Translations under genes and position numbers: made by a program
Notes under the pieces: model-generated
The model's database searches: none
What the model was told of the DNA's origin: nothing
The model's input: the letters and a program-made list of their open reading frames with translations, nothing else
In this document: positions 37,636 to 47,869 of the stretch, in pieces
Layout: every line of letters begins with the position of its first letter
How positions within the stretch are numbered: the stretch's first letter is position 1
From: Dehalococcoidia bacterium
GTDB taxonomy: Bacteria > Chloroflexota > Dehalococcoidia > Lucifugimonadales > UBA2985
DNA length: 64,000 nt
Assembly (NCBI GenBank): GCA_965247645.1
Contig: OZ252024.1
Location: 865,683-929,682 of the forward strand
Direction: 5' to 3'

Positions 37636-40617
37636 ATGAATTCCGCAGAGAGTTGTTTGCATGACCTGTTCAGGGCGCAGGCGGCCAGAACCCCGGATAC
37701 CCCGGCCATAGTGTCCGGTTACGGACAGATATCCTACTTTCAACTGGACCAGGCAACGGACTCGCTGGGGGCCTATCTTCGATATCACGGCGCTTCACAG
37801 GATGAACCGGTGGGCATATTCATGGAGACCTGCTCGGAGTACATCGTTGCAAGCTTGGGAACCCTGAAGGCCGGAGCGGCGTTCATGCCAATGCCACTCG
37901 ACTCCCCCGAAAGTCTGCTGCGCGCCATATTGGCCGAATCGCAGCCCAGGGTGGTGGTCACCAAGGCGAAATACCTGTCCAGGCTAAGCCCGTTCACCGA
38001 TACCCACGTTTTTGCCATTGACGGCGATCAATCCTGGACTGAGTTCAACCCTGCAATCCCCGGCCCGTCCGTCACCGGCGACAATTTGGCGTTCCTCCCT
38101 TACACGTCCGGCACAACCGGGGCCCCAAAGGGGGTGATGCAGACCGGCGGCGCTATGGTTTCATCTTACTATGCCAGGTACAAGTTCAGCTCTTACGCCG
38201 TTGGAGACAGGGTTGCCTGCAACATTTTCTTCCCCTGGGAGTTTTTACGTCCACTGCTGAAGGGGGGCACGGTATACGTAATTCCCGATGACGTCATATT
38301 TCTGCCGCGGGCCCTTGCCTCGTTCATCGCGGAGCGCTCCATTTCTGAGATTCTGTTCACTCCCTCCCTGCTACAAGGGGTCTTGAACTCGGCGGACCAT
38401 GAGGTTCTGCGAACCCAGTTGGCGTCTTTGCGGGTGGTCTGGTTGAACGGAGAGGTGGCGCCAACCAGCCTGCTGGAGCAGGCGTTGGGCGTCTTCCCAA
38501 GCTCTACCCGCGTGTTCAATACGTACAGCATCAGCGAGACCCACGATGTTTGCACCATCGAATTGACGGGCTTGCGCCTGGACGGAATGGAGGTGTGCCC
38601 GGTGGGTCTGCCGATGGACGGAGTGGCGGTTCGAGTTCTCCCGGAGGGGGAGTCCGCTCTCGCCTCAACCGGAGCCGGTGAGTTGTTCATTGGCGGCCGC
38701 GGGCTTGCCAGGGGATACCTTGGGAGGCCGGACCTGGACACCGAATACTTCGTTTGGCGGGACGGAGAGAGATACTACGCAACGGGCGACCTGGCTGAGG
38801 TTGAAGCGCAGGGGATGACGTCAGTCATTGGCCGTGACGATTCAATGGTGAAGATCAGGGGATACAGCGTTTACATCGGCGCAATCGAGGAAATGCTGCG
38901 GAAGCGCTGCGCCGTGGCAGACGCCGTGGTGCTGGCTGAAACCGAGGACGAGGCCAACAAGAGGCTGGTGGCGTATGTTGTTCGGGAGCCGGGGGCAACG
39001 TGGCAGGTCGATGCCAGAAGCGGGACCAGCAGGGACCTTCGGAGCATACTGGAGCGGTATCTGCCGCACTACATGGTGCCCGGCAGGTTCCTGGAGATGG
39101 ATGCGCTTCCTATAAACCAACAGACTGGCAAGCTGGACCGCAAAGCCCTGCCCGCATTGCGCCAGGCCAGAACCACTGCTAGGGAGCGCGGGCAGCTCCC
39201 AGAGAATGCGACGGCGGCAGAACGCCGCTACGCCCTGCGTGAGCTGTGGGGCGAGGCGCTGGATATCGACAGCGATTCATTAGAAGACGATTGGAACTTC
39301 TTCGACCTTGGCGGCCATTCCCTGATCGGCCTGGGTCTCACCCTAGGCATTGAGCGGACGTTTGGGATTCAACTTCGCGGCACAGAGATTTACGAGCGCC
39401 CTACCATAAACGAGTTCGCCGCATACCTGGAAGGCGGCGTGGCAGACGCGGGGCCGAGGGCTTCTCTGGCCGACGACGCAAACCTGGACGCGGAGATTAT
39501 CCCCCAGGGCAAAATCGGCGCTACGCGTCTGAGCGAAGCATCTTCGGTCCTGGTCACGGGCGCAACCGGCTTTATCGGGGCCTTCTTGCTTGACGAACTG
39601 CTGCGCGCCACGAGCGACGATACCCGGTTCTATTGCCTGGTGAGGAACCGGGCTTCCGGACAAGGCCGAACGGCCAACCGTGTACTGGAGACGTTGAAGT
39701 TCTACGGACTGGCCGGCCAGTTCCTTGAAAATCGGATCGTTCCGGTTGTGGGAGACCTTACCCAGCCCCATCTGGGGTTGGAGGAGGACGAGTATCGGCA
39801 GCTTGCGGAGCAGACCGATATGATCTTTCACTGCGCGGCCGCCGTCAACTACGTGTACCCTTACGCGACGGTCAAGCCCCACACCGTTAATGGGACACTG
39901 GAGGTACTCAGGCTCGCTTGCAGCGCCAAGACAAAGCCGGTGCAGTACATTTCCTCCAACGGCATCTTCCCGGGAGGGGACGATGCCCCCTACCAGGAAG
40001 ACAACCTGATAGACGGCTTTGCCGACAGGTTGGAGGGGGGTTACAACCAGGCCAAATGGGTTGCGGAACGCCTGGTGTGGTCGGCCATACAGCGGGGGCT
40101 GCCAGTCTGCGTATTCAGGCCCGGCAACATAGGCCACCATAGCGGGACGGCCGTGGTGAACCCCAACGACTTCCAGTCGTCCATAATCAAAGCCTGCGCG
40201 CGGGCGGAGCTGGCTCCCCTGGCGCCGGACTGGCGGTTCGAAATGACCCCTGTCGACTTCCTGGCCAAGGCTATCACAAAGATCTCCGACGACCCGGAGC
40301 GCCTGGGCAAGGTCTACAACGTGATTCAGCAGAACCCTGTCCCAGCCGACCACGTTTTTACCTACATGGAGAGCAACGGCTACGTGGCGAATCGCGTTCC
40401 GTTGGGGGACTGGAGGTCCAGCCTGGAAGCAACGGCAGACCGCGAAGACGACATGGAGTTGAAGGTTCTGGTCCAGGCCCTCGACTCGGTTGAGCCGTAC
40501 CTGACCGACACCAGCCTCTACGACAACAGCCGGTTCAGCGAAGCCATCTCCCGGATTGGCTTGTCAGCGCCGACTGTGGACGTGGACTACGTGACCAAGT
40601 TTCTGCGTATACCCTAG
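37636..40617 (+). CDS. NRPS-like carboxylate reductase: adenylation, thiolation (PCP), thioester-reductase (A-T-R)
   Basis: A3 LPYTSGTTGAPKGV, A8-A10 GDLAE...GRDDSMVKIRGYSV...TGKLDRKAL, PCP FFDLGGHSLIGL, R domain VLVTGATGFIGAFLLDELL and YNQAKW (YxxxK); 993 aa. Confidence 0.9.
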   Translation: MNSAESCLHDLFRAQAARTPDTPAIVSGYGQISYFQLDQATDSLGAYLRYHGASQDEPVGIFMETCSEYIVASLGTLKAGAAFMPMPLDSPESLLRAILAESQPRVVVTKAKYLSRLSPFTDTHVFAIDGDQSWTEFNPAIPGPSVTGDNLAFLPYTSGTTGAPKGVMQTGGAMVSSYYARYKFSSYAVGDRVACNIFFPWEFLRPLLKGGTVYVIPDDVIFLPRALASFIAERSISEILFTPSLLQGVLNSADHEVLRTQLASLRVVWLNGEVAPTSLLEQALGVFPSSTRVFNTYSISETHDVCTIELTGLRLDGMEVCPVGLPMDGVAVRVLPEGESALASTGAGELFIGGRGLARGYLGRPDLDTEYFVWRDGERYYATGDLAEVEAQGMTSVIGRDDSMVKIRGYSVYIGAIEEMLRKRCAVADAVVLAETEDEANKRLVAYVVREPGATWQVDARSGTSRDLRSILERYLPHYMVPGRFLEMDALPINQQTGKLDRKALPALRQARTTARERGQLPENATAAERRYALRELWGEALDIDSDSLEDDWNFFDLGGHSLIGLGLTLGIERTFGIQLRGTEIYERPTINEFAAYLEGGVADAGPRASLADDANLDAEIIPQGKIGATRLSEASSVLVTGATGFIGAFLLDELLRATSDDTRFYCLVRNRASGQGRTANRVLETLKFYGLAGQFLENRIVPVVGDLTQPHLGLEEDEYRQLAEQTDMIFHCAAAVNYVYPYATVKPHTVNGTLEVLRLACSAKTKPVQYISSNGIFPGGDDAPYQEDNLIDGFADRLEGGYNQAKWVAERLVWSAIQRGLPVCVFRPGNIGHHSGTAVVNPNDFQSSIIKACARAELAPLAPDWRFEMTPVDFLAKAITKISDDPERLGKVYNVIQQNPVPADHVFTYMESNGYVANRVPLGDWRSSLEATADREDDMELKVLVQALDSVEPYLTDTSLYDNSRFSEAISRIGLSAPTVDVDYVTKFLRIP

Positions 40618-40644
40618 CAACGCGAAAAAGAGGGTAGGTTTCTC

Positions 40645-41217
40645 GTGTCGAATGGCGGTAGCCTCAGCCCCAGCGGCGGTGTCTCGGGTGGCAATGGCGG
40701 TTCTATAGTCTGGCTAGTCGGGATGGTCGTGGTCCTCATGCTCGCCGGGGGTCTTTACTTTGGCGGAGAGTTGCTGACCAATATCGCTGTCGGTGAGCTT
40801 GACCACAGGGCGATAGAGACGGCGGTGGTTCAGCTCACCAATGCTGAGAGAGCTAAGGCAGGTCTTGACCCTCTTCTACATAGCGAACGTGTGTCTGAGA
40901 TCGCCCGAACGCACAGTGAGGACATGGCTCTGACGGGCATCTACGCCCACAACATCAATGGGCAGGGTCCCTCCGACCGCGCGCGCATGGTGGGCTATCC
41001 CTGCGGCCTCGCAGAGAACATTCACAAGCGACCACGCTTGGGGTTTAGCGACGCGGAAGATATGGCGCAAAAGTCGGTAGAGGACTGGATGAATAGTCCG
41101 GGGCACAAGCAGAACATCCTCAGCTCCAACTACCAGCGCATCGGCGTTGGAGTGTTCGTCGATGAGGGGATGGCAGACGTATGGGTCTACCTCACGCAGA
41201 ACTTCTCACTGTGCTAA
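40645..41217 (+). CDS. CAP/SCP/PR-1-domain protein with N-terminal TM anchor
   Basis: LTNAERAKAGLDPLLHSERVSEIARTHSEDMA...ENI...WMNSPGHKQNILSSNYQRIGVGV. It starts 27 nt after the A-T-R gene. Confidence 0.8.
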   Translation: MSNGGSLSPSGGVSGGNGGSIVWLVGMVVVLMLAGGLYFGGELLTNIAVGELDHRAIETAVVQLTNAERAKAGLDPLLHSERVSEIARTHSEDMALTGIYAHNINGQGPSDRARMVGYPCGLAENIHKRPRLGFSDAEDMAQKSVEDWMNSPGHKQNILSSNYQRIGVGVFVDEGMADVWVYLTQNFSLC

Positions 41218-41426
41218 CACCCGCGTGCGCTTGACAAACCTCCGGCGTGCGCCGCAGCCACTCCGATGCGTACTCCCTCCCTCTTGCCGCAGGTCTCCCC
41301 AAACACGCCGTTCCAAGCTATACTTGCCTGCGTGGTGGGGCTGTAGCTTAGACGAGAGCCCGCCTTCGTAAGCTGAAACGGAGCCGGCCGCGCTATTTTT
41401 GACGGCGTAGAAGAAAGGACACTGAA

Positions 41427-42653
41427 ATGGAGCTAATCTTTGCGCTGATTGTTGGAGTCATCGTGGGAGGCTTGGCGTGCTGGTTGACGCAAGAGTTCCG
41501 CGCCAAGGCCCGCCTGGCCAGAATGGAATCGGACCACCGCGCGGAGGCCGCCGGCCTGCGGGGGCAGCTGGAGCAGATCGACAGCGCCAACAAAATCCTG
41601 GATGCCGCCAAGGAGCAGCTGAGGGAGGTGTTCCAGGCCACGGCCGGCCGCGCTTTGCGGAACAATAATGAGCTGTTTATGAATGTTGCCAGAGAGAACC
41701 TGGGCAAGACGCTGGAGTCGGCCAAGGGCGAGTTCAACCAGCGCCACGAGCAGTTTCAAGCCCTGGTCAAACCCCTGGCCCAGAACTACGAGAAGCTCAA
41801 CCCACAGATTGAGTCTCTCATTCTGCAGAGCCAGAGCTTGGCCGCCGAGACCGGCAAGCTGTCCAACGCCTTGACCAACAATCGGCAAATTGGAAGCTGG
41901 GGTGAGGTCCAGTTGCGCCGTGTGGTGGAGTTGGCGGGGATGACTGAGCACTGCGATTTTGTGGAGCAGACTACGGTTAACGGGTCCAACGACCGGCCGG
42001 ACTTGACGGTGAAGCTGCCGGAGAAGCGGACGGTGGTCGTGGACGCCAAGGCGTCGACGGCGGCGTACATGGAGGCGCAGCAGACGGAAGACGAGTCCGC
42101 GAGCGCCGAGGCCCTGAGGCGCCATGCCGGCGCGCTGCGGACGCAGGTGGATGACCTGGCCCGCAAGAACTACGGCGCGCACGTGGAAGGCTCCCTGGAC
42201 TTCGTGGTTATGTTTGTGCCTGGCGACCAGTTTCTGGCAGCAGCCTTGAACGCCAACCCCAGCCTGATTGAGTATGCCATGAGCAAGCGCGTAGCCATAG
42301 CCACGCCGGCGTCTTTGATCTCCCTCCTGTGGGCCGTGGCCAACGGCTGGCAGCGGTTCCGGATTGCGGAAAACGCGGAAACCATACGCCAAGCAGGTGA
42401 AGAGATGCACCAGAGGATGCAGGTCTTCATCGGCCACTACCAACGCGTCGGCAGGGAGCTGAGGTCGGCCGTCGACGCCTACAACAGCTCCGTCGGATCG
42501 TTTGACTCCCGCGTTGCGCCCCAGGGGCAAAGGTTCGCCCAGCTTGTCACCGACAAAGAGGACGACTTCCCTCAACCACAGGCCATTGAAAAGGTGGTAT
42601 CGACTTCCCGGTACGCAGACGGGTCTACGAACAGCCCACGTTCAGAAGACTGA
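41427..42653 (+). CDS. rmuC: DNA recombination protein RmuC
   Basis: N-terminal TM plus coiled coil, then GSWGEVQLRRVVELAGMTEHCDF...RPDLTVKLPEKRTVVVDAKAS...FVVMFVPGDQF. Confidence 0.9.
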   Translation: MELIFALIVGVIVGGLACWLTQEFRAKARLARMESDHRAEAAGLRGQLEQIDSANKILDAAKEQLREVFQATAGRALRNNNELFMNVARENLGKTLESAKGEFNQRHEQFQALVKPLAQNYEKLNPQIESLILQSQSLAAETGKLSNALTNNRQIGSWGEVQLRRVVELAGMTEHCDFVEQTTVNGSNDRPDLTVKLPEKRTVVVDAKASTAAYMEAQQTEDESASAEALRRHAGALRTQVDDLARKNYGAHVEGSLDFVVMFVPGDQFLAAALNANPSLIEYAMSKRVAIATPASLISLLWAVANGWQRFRIAENAETIRQAGEEMHQRMQVFIGHYQRVGRELRSAVDAYNSSVGSFDSRVAPQGQRFAQLVTDKEDDFPQPQAIEKVVSTSRYADGSTNSPRSED

Positions 42654-42903
42654 TATTAGCTTGCCAAGTCCCCGCCGCGCTTGGAACCTTGGCCCGCTAC
42701 CTACGGTAAAGGGAGCAGCCTGCTAAACAAGCCGCCGTGGACACGTAAGTATTGCCCCGAGCATTGTCATTCTCTATAGTGTGAGGGCAAGCGCCATGTA
42801 GCCAAACGGGCCGGAGCGAGACCGAGCGGGACCGCTCTACGCATTCGACCGCAATCCTGCGCGAGTGGATGGAGCGGCCTTGTTGGACTAGAAAGGGTTT
42901 GCC

Positions 42904-43305
42904 ATGGAACCGCGCATCAGCATTGTCACCCTGGGGGTTACCGACCTGCCCCGCTCGGTAAAGTTTTACCGGGACGGATTGGGGCTGCCTCTTTTTGACG
43001 AAAACACGGAATCCATTGCTTTCTTCCGGAACCAGGGCGCATGGTTGGCCCTGTACCCCCTGGAGTCCCTGGCCGCCGATGCCGGTATTGCCACGGAGGG
43101 CAGCGGCTTTTCCGGCGTCACCCTGGCTCACAACGTCCGCGCCCGGGATGAGGTGGCCGCCCTGCTGGACGTAGCCGTAGCCGCCGGCGCCACCCTGGTC
43201 AAGCCGGCCGAAGACACCTTCTGGGGCGGTTACTCCGGCTACTTTGCCGACCCGGAGGGCTACCTTTGGGAAATCGCTTGGAACCCACACTTTCCGATTG
43301 AGTGA
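42904..43305 (+). CDS. VOC (glyoxalase/bleomycin-resistance fold) family protein
   Basis: ISIVTLGVTDLPRSVKFYRDGLGL...FWGGYSGYFADPEGYLWEIAWNPHF. Confidence 0.85.
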   Translation: MEPRISIVTLGVTDLPRSVKFYRDGLGLPLFDENTESIAFFRNQGAWLALYPLESLAADAGIATEGSGFSGVTLAHNVRARDEVAALLDVAVAAGATLVKPAEDTFWGGYSGYFADPEGYLWEIAWNPHFPIE

Positions 43306-43432
43306 CCGACCTGTCTTGTAGCGAGACATCCCAGCTAAAAATTCGCGCTACATCGCCGATTGGCCCACCGTACAAGGAGAATGCCATGCCGATAGCGCTT
43401 CCATCTCGTCTCAGGCCGGCCCCCTCGGAGCC

Positions 43433-44581
43433 GTGAAGGTGGCCCCCGGCGAGGCAATCCAGATACGCTCAATGCAGGTTCTGACGGTGCTTGGCGACCT
43501 GGGCGCGCCGAGCCAGCGCGGCGTGGCTATGGTGCTGGCAGACTATGGCCCCATCATGGGACACGACGTCTTGATGGGCGCCGGCTTGGACTCCCTCTGC
43601 GCCGCGGAGGGCGGCCGCGCCGCCGAAACGGTGATCGGCCACCCAAGGGTAGTGGGAGTAATTGGCTCCTTCTGCTCCGTAGCCGCCGCTGCCGCCTCGC
43701 CGCTCCTCAGCCAGGCCGGCCTTGTGATGATCTCCCCATCCACCACGTCCCCATCGCCGACCTCAGATCTGCGCGGCAACGCCGGCTCCAACTACCACCC
43801 CGGCTACTACCGCACCGCCAGCAACGACCTGTACCAGGCGCGCGCCGTCGCCGAGTTCGCCTACAATGAGCTCGGACTGCGCAATATGGCCACCATAGAC
43901 GACGGCGAGCCGTACACAAGCGGCCTCACCGTCGCTTTCGCCACTGTCTTTCAGGAGCTTAGCGGCTCGGTCACGACCGCCGCCTCCGTCCGCAGGGGCG
44001 ATACGGACATGCTCCCCGTCCTCAGCCAAATTTCGGACGGCAGCCCGGACGGCCTGTTCTTCCCGCTCTTCACGGAAGAGGGAGCGGCCGTTGTCCGGCA
44101 GGTAGGCCGGACGACAAGGCTTGAGGATGTCACGCTCATCGGCGGCACAGCCCTGCTGGTCTCCGAGTTTCTCGCCATCCCCGAATCGGAAGGCATCTAT
44201 CTTCCCGGCCCGGACCTGGACTTCAGCGGCAACGTCAACGAAGAGACCGGCAGGAGTGGCGAAGACCTCGTCGCCGGATATCAAGAGCTTTACGGCGCGG
44301 CGCCCTCTTCCGCCTACCTGCCCCACGCCTACGACGCCACCACAATGCTCCTCCGGGCCATTGAGGATGTGGCGGTTAGCGACGGCGATACCCTGTACAT
44401 AGACAGGGCCGGGCTCCGGGAGGCGCTGACCGGCCTCACCGGGTTCATGGGCGTCATTGGCGTCATATCCTGCGATGAGTTCGGCGACTGCGGCGTAGGC
44501 CGCGTTCAGATAGCGCTACATGCCGATTCCAGCGTCACGGACATCGCAGGCCTGCCGGTAGTCTACCGCTTTGCTCCCTGA
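43433..44581 (+). CDS. LivK-type (branched-chain amino acid) ABC substrate-binding protein, apparently lacking a signal peptide
   Basis: VIGSFCSVAAAAASPLLSQAGLVMISPSTTSP...YYRTASNDLYQARAVAEFAY. GTG start. The upstream frame is closed by TGA overlapping the start, and no hydrophobic leader was found. Confidence 0.7.
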   Translation: MKVAPGEAIQIRSMQVLTVLGDLGAPSQRGVAMVLADYGPIMGHDVLMGAGLDSLCAAEGGRAAETVIGHPRVVGVIGSFCSVAAAAASPLLSQAGLVMISPSTTSPSPTSDLRGNAGSNYHPGYYRTASNDLYQARAVAEFAYNELGLRNMATIDDGEPYTSGLTVAFATVFQELSGSVTTAASVRRGDTDMLPVLSQISDGSPDGLFFPLFTEEGAAVVRQVGRTTRLEDVTLIGGTALLVSEFLAIPESEGIYLPGPDLDFSGNVNEETGRSGEDLVAGYQELYGAAPSSAYLPHAYDATTMLLRAIEDVAVSDGDTLYIDRAGLREALTGLTGFMGVIGVISCDEFGDCGVGRVQIALHADSSVTDIAGLPVVYRFAP

Positions 44582-44589
44582 CGCAGGCG

Positions 44590-45321
44590 TCACAGGGAAA
44601 GCGCCCGCCCTGCCTCCCGCAGACGCCTGCGTCTCTGATGCGCGTCCGGCATAGCTCCGGAAACCACGGCCCAGAAGTCCGGCGAGTGGTTTCTTACCGT
44701 GAGGTGGGCCAGCTCGTGGACTACAATGTACTCAATGAGCGCAGGCTCCAGCATCATGACGCGCCAGTTGAAGCGCAGCGTGCCGTCCGGGCCGCAGCTT
44801 CCCCAGCGACGGCGTTGGTCGCGGATGAGTATTCGCGGCTTCTCTCCCGGACCCAGCCGGGGCAGCCATCGGCCAACGCCGTCCGCTAGCCACTCGGCGG
44901 CGCGAGCGCGATACCAGGCGACAACCGTCCGCCGTACCTCCTCGGAGCGCTCGCCGTCCTCAAGGCCCTGCGGCGCGGCGACCCGGAAACGCCAGTGGTC
45001 GAAGCCGACCGTAGGCGAGGGCACATCGTCCGGCCCCACAATCATTGGGACATTACGGCCCAGGTACGGCAGCGTCTCGCCACTAACGAAGCGCTTTGGA
45101 GCGTCCTCCAGCGTGGCCCTGGACATGTGGCTGAGAATCCAGGACGCCCGCTTGCGAACGAGAGCCTGGAGATCGCGGACAGGTGTAGCAGAAGGCGCGG
45201 CAACCCGCACGCCGCCACCGGCCACGGTAATCTGTATCGTCTTCCTGCGCCGCTTGCTGCGACGCACCTCATACTCAATGGTCGCATCACCGATGCGGAC
45301 GCGGCCCCACTCCGTCACCAC
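44590..45321 (-). CDS. M48-family/DUF45 (YgjP-like) metal-dependent hydrolase
   Basis: IEYEVRRSKRRRKTIQITV..., RRRWGSC...LRFNWRVMMLEPALIEYIVVHELAHLTVRNHSPDFW. Confidence 0.85.
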   Translation of the reverse strand: MVTEWGRVRIGDATIEYEVRRSKRRRKTIQITVAGGGVRVAAPSATPVRDLQALVRKRASWILSHMSRATLEDAPKRFVSGETLPYLGRNVPMIVGPDDVPSPTVGFDHWRFRVAAPQGLEDGERSEEVRRTVVAWYRARAAEWLADGVGRWLPRLGPGEKPRILIRDQRRRWGSCGPDGTLRFNWRVMMLEPALIEYIVVHELAHLTVRNHSPDFWAVVSGAMPDAHQRRRRLREAGRALSL

Positions 45322-45725
45322 CCGCCGCCGTCCGCAGCCTCATCCATGAGATGAACGCGCTTGGCCTTGAGCTCGGAGGCATTGATAGTCCTTGGGCCGG
45401 TTGGTTTGTGGTCAGGCGATTCCATGCGCGGCTCCTGAGCCGGGAATATGCCTGCATTGTATCATGGTCACTACCATAGTCATATCGCATCTGTCCACTA
45501 ACGGCCGTGGCTCAACTCCGCAAGCCGCTCGTTAATTTCTCCCGCTGGAGCCGTGGCCGTCTGTGTCCATCCAACTAACCTTGCCAGATAACGCGAGCCA
45601 TGATATTGTAATAGCGCACAGGTCAACAACACCTGCCTATACCCATTGGTAACCGCCAGGGCCCACCTGACAAGGTATGCAATTATGGGTTGGCAGGCAT
45701 ACTTTATGGCGGTTAGGAATCCTGG

Positions 45726-46787
45726 ATGGCCCAAAGCGACAACGATAAATCAGGCTCCGGATCTTCATTGCAGCCCACCGGCTTTGGCGCCAAGCCGGTC
45801 CTATACCGCTTATCCCTTGGCGCGGCGGTTGTTCTTTTAGCGCTGGTAATAAGCCTTCTGATCTGGGGCGACAGTATGGAGTTCCCCACCACCGTAGCCC
45901 ATCAACCCTCCAGCGACGGCTCCATCATCTTTGAGAGGTCATTGCGAGACGTCACCGGCGGCGCAATAGACGACGCTGTGGACTGGGTGACCGTTGAGGG
46001 CGCATGGCTGTTCGACGGGTTGAGCAACGCGATTAACTACGCCCTTGGATACATTGAGGGGGTGTTGAAGTGGACGCCCTGGCCGGCTACAGTTGTCGTT
46101 CTTGCCCTGATATCTTTCAGGGTGGGGCGTTGGGGCCTCCTGGCCTTCGCATCCCTCGCGCTGCTTTACATGGGCTTTATGGACTTCTGGGAGAACACAA
46201 TGGACACCCTTGCGCTGATGGTGGTGGCGGTGATAGTTGCGATGTCAATCGGCCTTCCATTGGGCGTGCTGAGCGCACGCAACCAGCTTGCCAACAACAT
46301 TATGCGCCCCATTCTGGACGGCATGCAGACCATGCCCAGCTTTGTATACCTGCTCCCCGGCATTCTCTTCTTTGGCCTGGGAAAGCCGGCCGGCATCTTC
46401 GCCACCATCATCTACGCTGTCCCGCCGGTAATCCGGCTAACCAACCTGGGAATACGGCAGGTGTCCCCACAGATCATGGAGGCCGCTTCGTCTTTTGGAG
46501 CGTCGCCGAGGCAGATGCTTACCAAGGTCCAGATCCCGCTTGCCATGCCCACCATCATGGCCGGCATCAACCAGACCACGATGATGGCCCTTGCGATGGT
46601 AACCATCGCAAGCCTGGTGGCCGCCGGCGGCCTGGGCGACAACGTGAACAGGGCTCTCCAGAAGAACGAGCCGGGGAATGGCCTGCTCGCCGGGCTTGCC
46701 ATCGTATTCCTTGCCATCATAATAGACCGCCTCACCCAGGCCGTGGCCCGCAGCCAGCAGGAGACCCTGAGAAGAGCGGCTGGATAG
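45726..46787 (+). CDS. proW: Glycine betaine/proline ABC transporter permease (ProW/OpuAB-type)
   Basis: Polytopic, with the permease EAA-like region EAASSFGASPRQMLTKVQIPLAMPTIMAGINQT; 353 aa. Confidence 0.8.
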   Translation: MAQSDNDKSGSGSSLQPTGFGAKPVLYRLSLGAAVVLLALVISLLIWGDSMEFPTTVAHQPSSDGSIIFERSLRDVTGGAIDDAVDWVTVEGAWLFDGLSNAINYALGYIEGVLKWTPWPATVVVLALISFRVGRWGLLAFASLALLYMGFMDFWENTMDTLALMVVAVIVAMSIGLPLGVLSARNQLANNIMRPILDGMQTMPSFVYLLPGILFFGLGKPAGIFATIIYAVPPVIRLTNLGIRQVSPQIMEAASSFGASPRQMLTKVQIPLAMPTIMAGINQTTMMALAMVTIASLVAAGGLGDNVNRALQKNEPGNGLLAGLAIVFLAIIIDRLTQAVARSQQETLRRAAG

Positions 46788-46789
46788 AG

Positions 46790-47760
46790 GCCTTGTTCTC
46801 TCAGCACATATGGTACAGAGGCTCTAGAATGAGCCATGAGCAGATTAGCAGTACGGACCATCATCGAAACATGGAAGGTGTGCGATCAGAACGTCTCGGA
46901 AACGGCCCGGCGTTTGCACGTAGACCGCCGGACCGTCAAACGCTGGGTGGATCGAGGGCGGCAGCCCTGGGGTTACGTGCGCTGGCAGGGCGTGCGGCGC
47001 AAGTCTACTGCACCCAAACACCCCAAGCGTGCGCTGTGGGGGGAAGCTGCCGCCGAAGTGCGAAGGTGGAGGGAAGCGACTGGCTTCTGTCGGGAGAAGC
47101 TAGCGGTCTTGGCCCAGGCTCAAGGGCTGGAGGTCTCGGCATCGACCATTCATCGGTATTTGCAACGCGTGGGCTTGGTTCGCCCCAGTACGAAGCGACG
47201 GCGGCCTCGCTTTCAGAACGGCCAAGTCATGCGGCCTCGTAACTGCCCAGGCTTAGGCTACCTTCAGATGGACGTGAAGTACGTCACTCCTGAGTTGTCT
47301 GGGTTGCCGTACACTTGCTACCTGTACGCGGCGATGGACATCTCCTCTCGCTACAAGGTTGGGCTAATCCTCCCCAAGCTGGATGAGGGGGGAACACTCT
47401 TGTCCCTGTACTATGCCACACAGCAGTTCCCCTTCCCGTTGCACTACGTCCAGACGGACAATGGATTGGAGTTTCAGAGACGCTTTCACGCCAAGTGCGC
47501 CGAACTCGGCCTTGAACACTTCTACATCCACAAGAGTTCTCCCAATGAGAACGCTGTAATCGAGCGGAGTTTCCGCACGGACGAGGAGGAGTGCTTCTTC
47601 CGGTTAGAGGAAGCGCCCCAAGACCACCAGGAGCTGAACACTTGGTATCAGCGCTTCCTTGATGCCTACAACACTACCCGACCACACATGGGCATCAATA
47701 TGCTTACTCCAAAGGAGGCTATCGCCCTGTACCAAAAGTCCTGAGAGATTAAGAGAGGCT
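46790..47760 (+). mobile_element. IS481-like insertion sequence between the permease and binding-protein genes
   Basis: Contains an intact transposase ORF. Imperfect terminal IRs: left GGCCTtgttCTCTCAG, and right reverse complement GCCTctcttaatCTCTCAG. Boundaries are approximate. Confidence 0.6.
46836..47744 (+). CDS. IS481-family DDE transposase (HTH plus rve core)
   Basis: HTH VSETARRLHVDRRTVKRW. DDE triad context: LQMDVKYV, YVQTDNGLEF, PNENAVIERSFRT. C-terminus YNTTRPHMGINMLTP. Confidence 0.8.
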   Translation: MSRLAVRTIIETWKVCDQNVSETARRLHVDRRTVKRWVDRGRQPWGYVRWQGVRRKSTAPKHPKRALWGEAAAEVRRWREATGFCREKLAVLAQAQGLEVSASTIHRYLQRVGLVRPSTKRRRPRFQNGQVMRPRNCPGLGYLQMDVKYVTPELSGLPYTCYLYAAMDISSRYKVGLILPKLDEGGTLLSLYYATQQFPFPLHYVQTDNGLEFQRRFHAKCAELGLEHFYIHKSSPNENAVIERSFRTDEEECFFRLEEAPQDHQELNTWYQRFLDAYNTTRPHMGINMLTPKEAIALYQKS

Positions 47761-47869
47761 GGCGTTAGGCCGGCTTTTGTGGCATGATAAGGGTTGTCGC
47801 GTTTTTTACCGGAGACGTTTGATACGGTAATCCAAATACAGGGCATCCAAAATATAGAAGGAGAATCGA

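Noticed and set aside
45315-45425. 36-codon ORF (MESPDHKPTGPRTINASELKAKRVHLMDEAADGGGW) whose stop overlaps the M48 gene start; the N-terminus resembles Phd/YefM antitoxins.
   Set aside because: It is too short to contain the fold, the similarity is only a few residues, and the downstream gene is a standard DUF45 hydrolase rather than a toxin.
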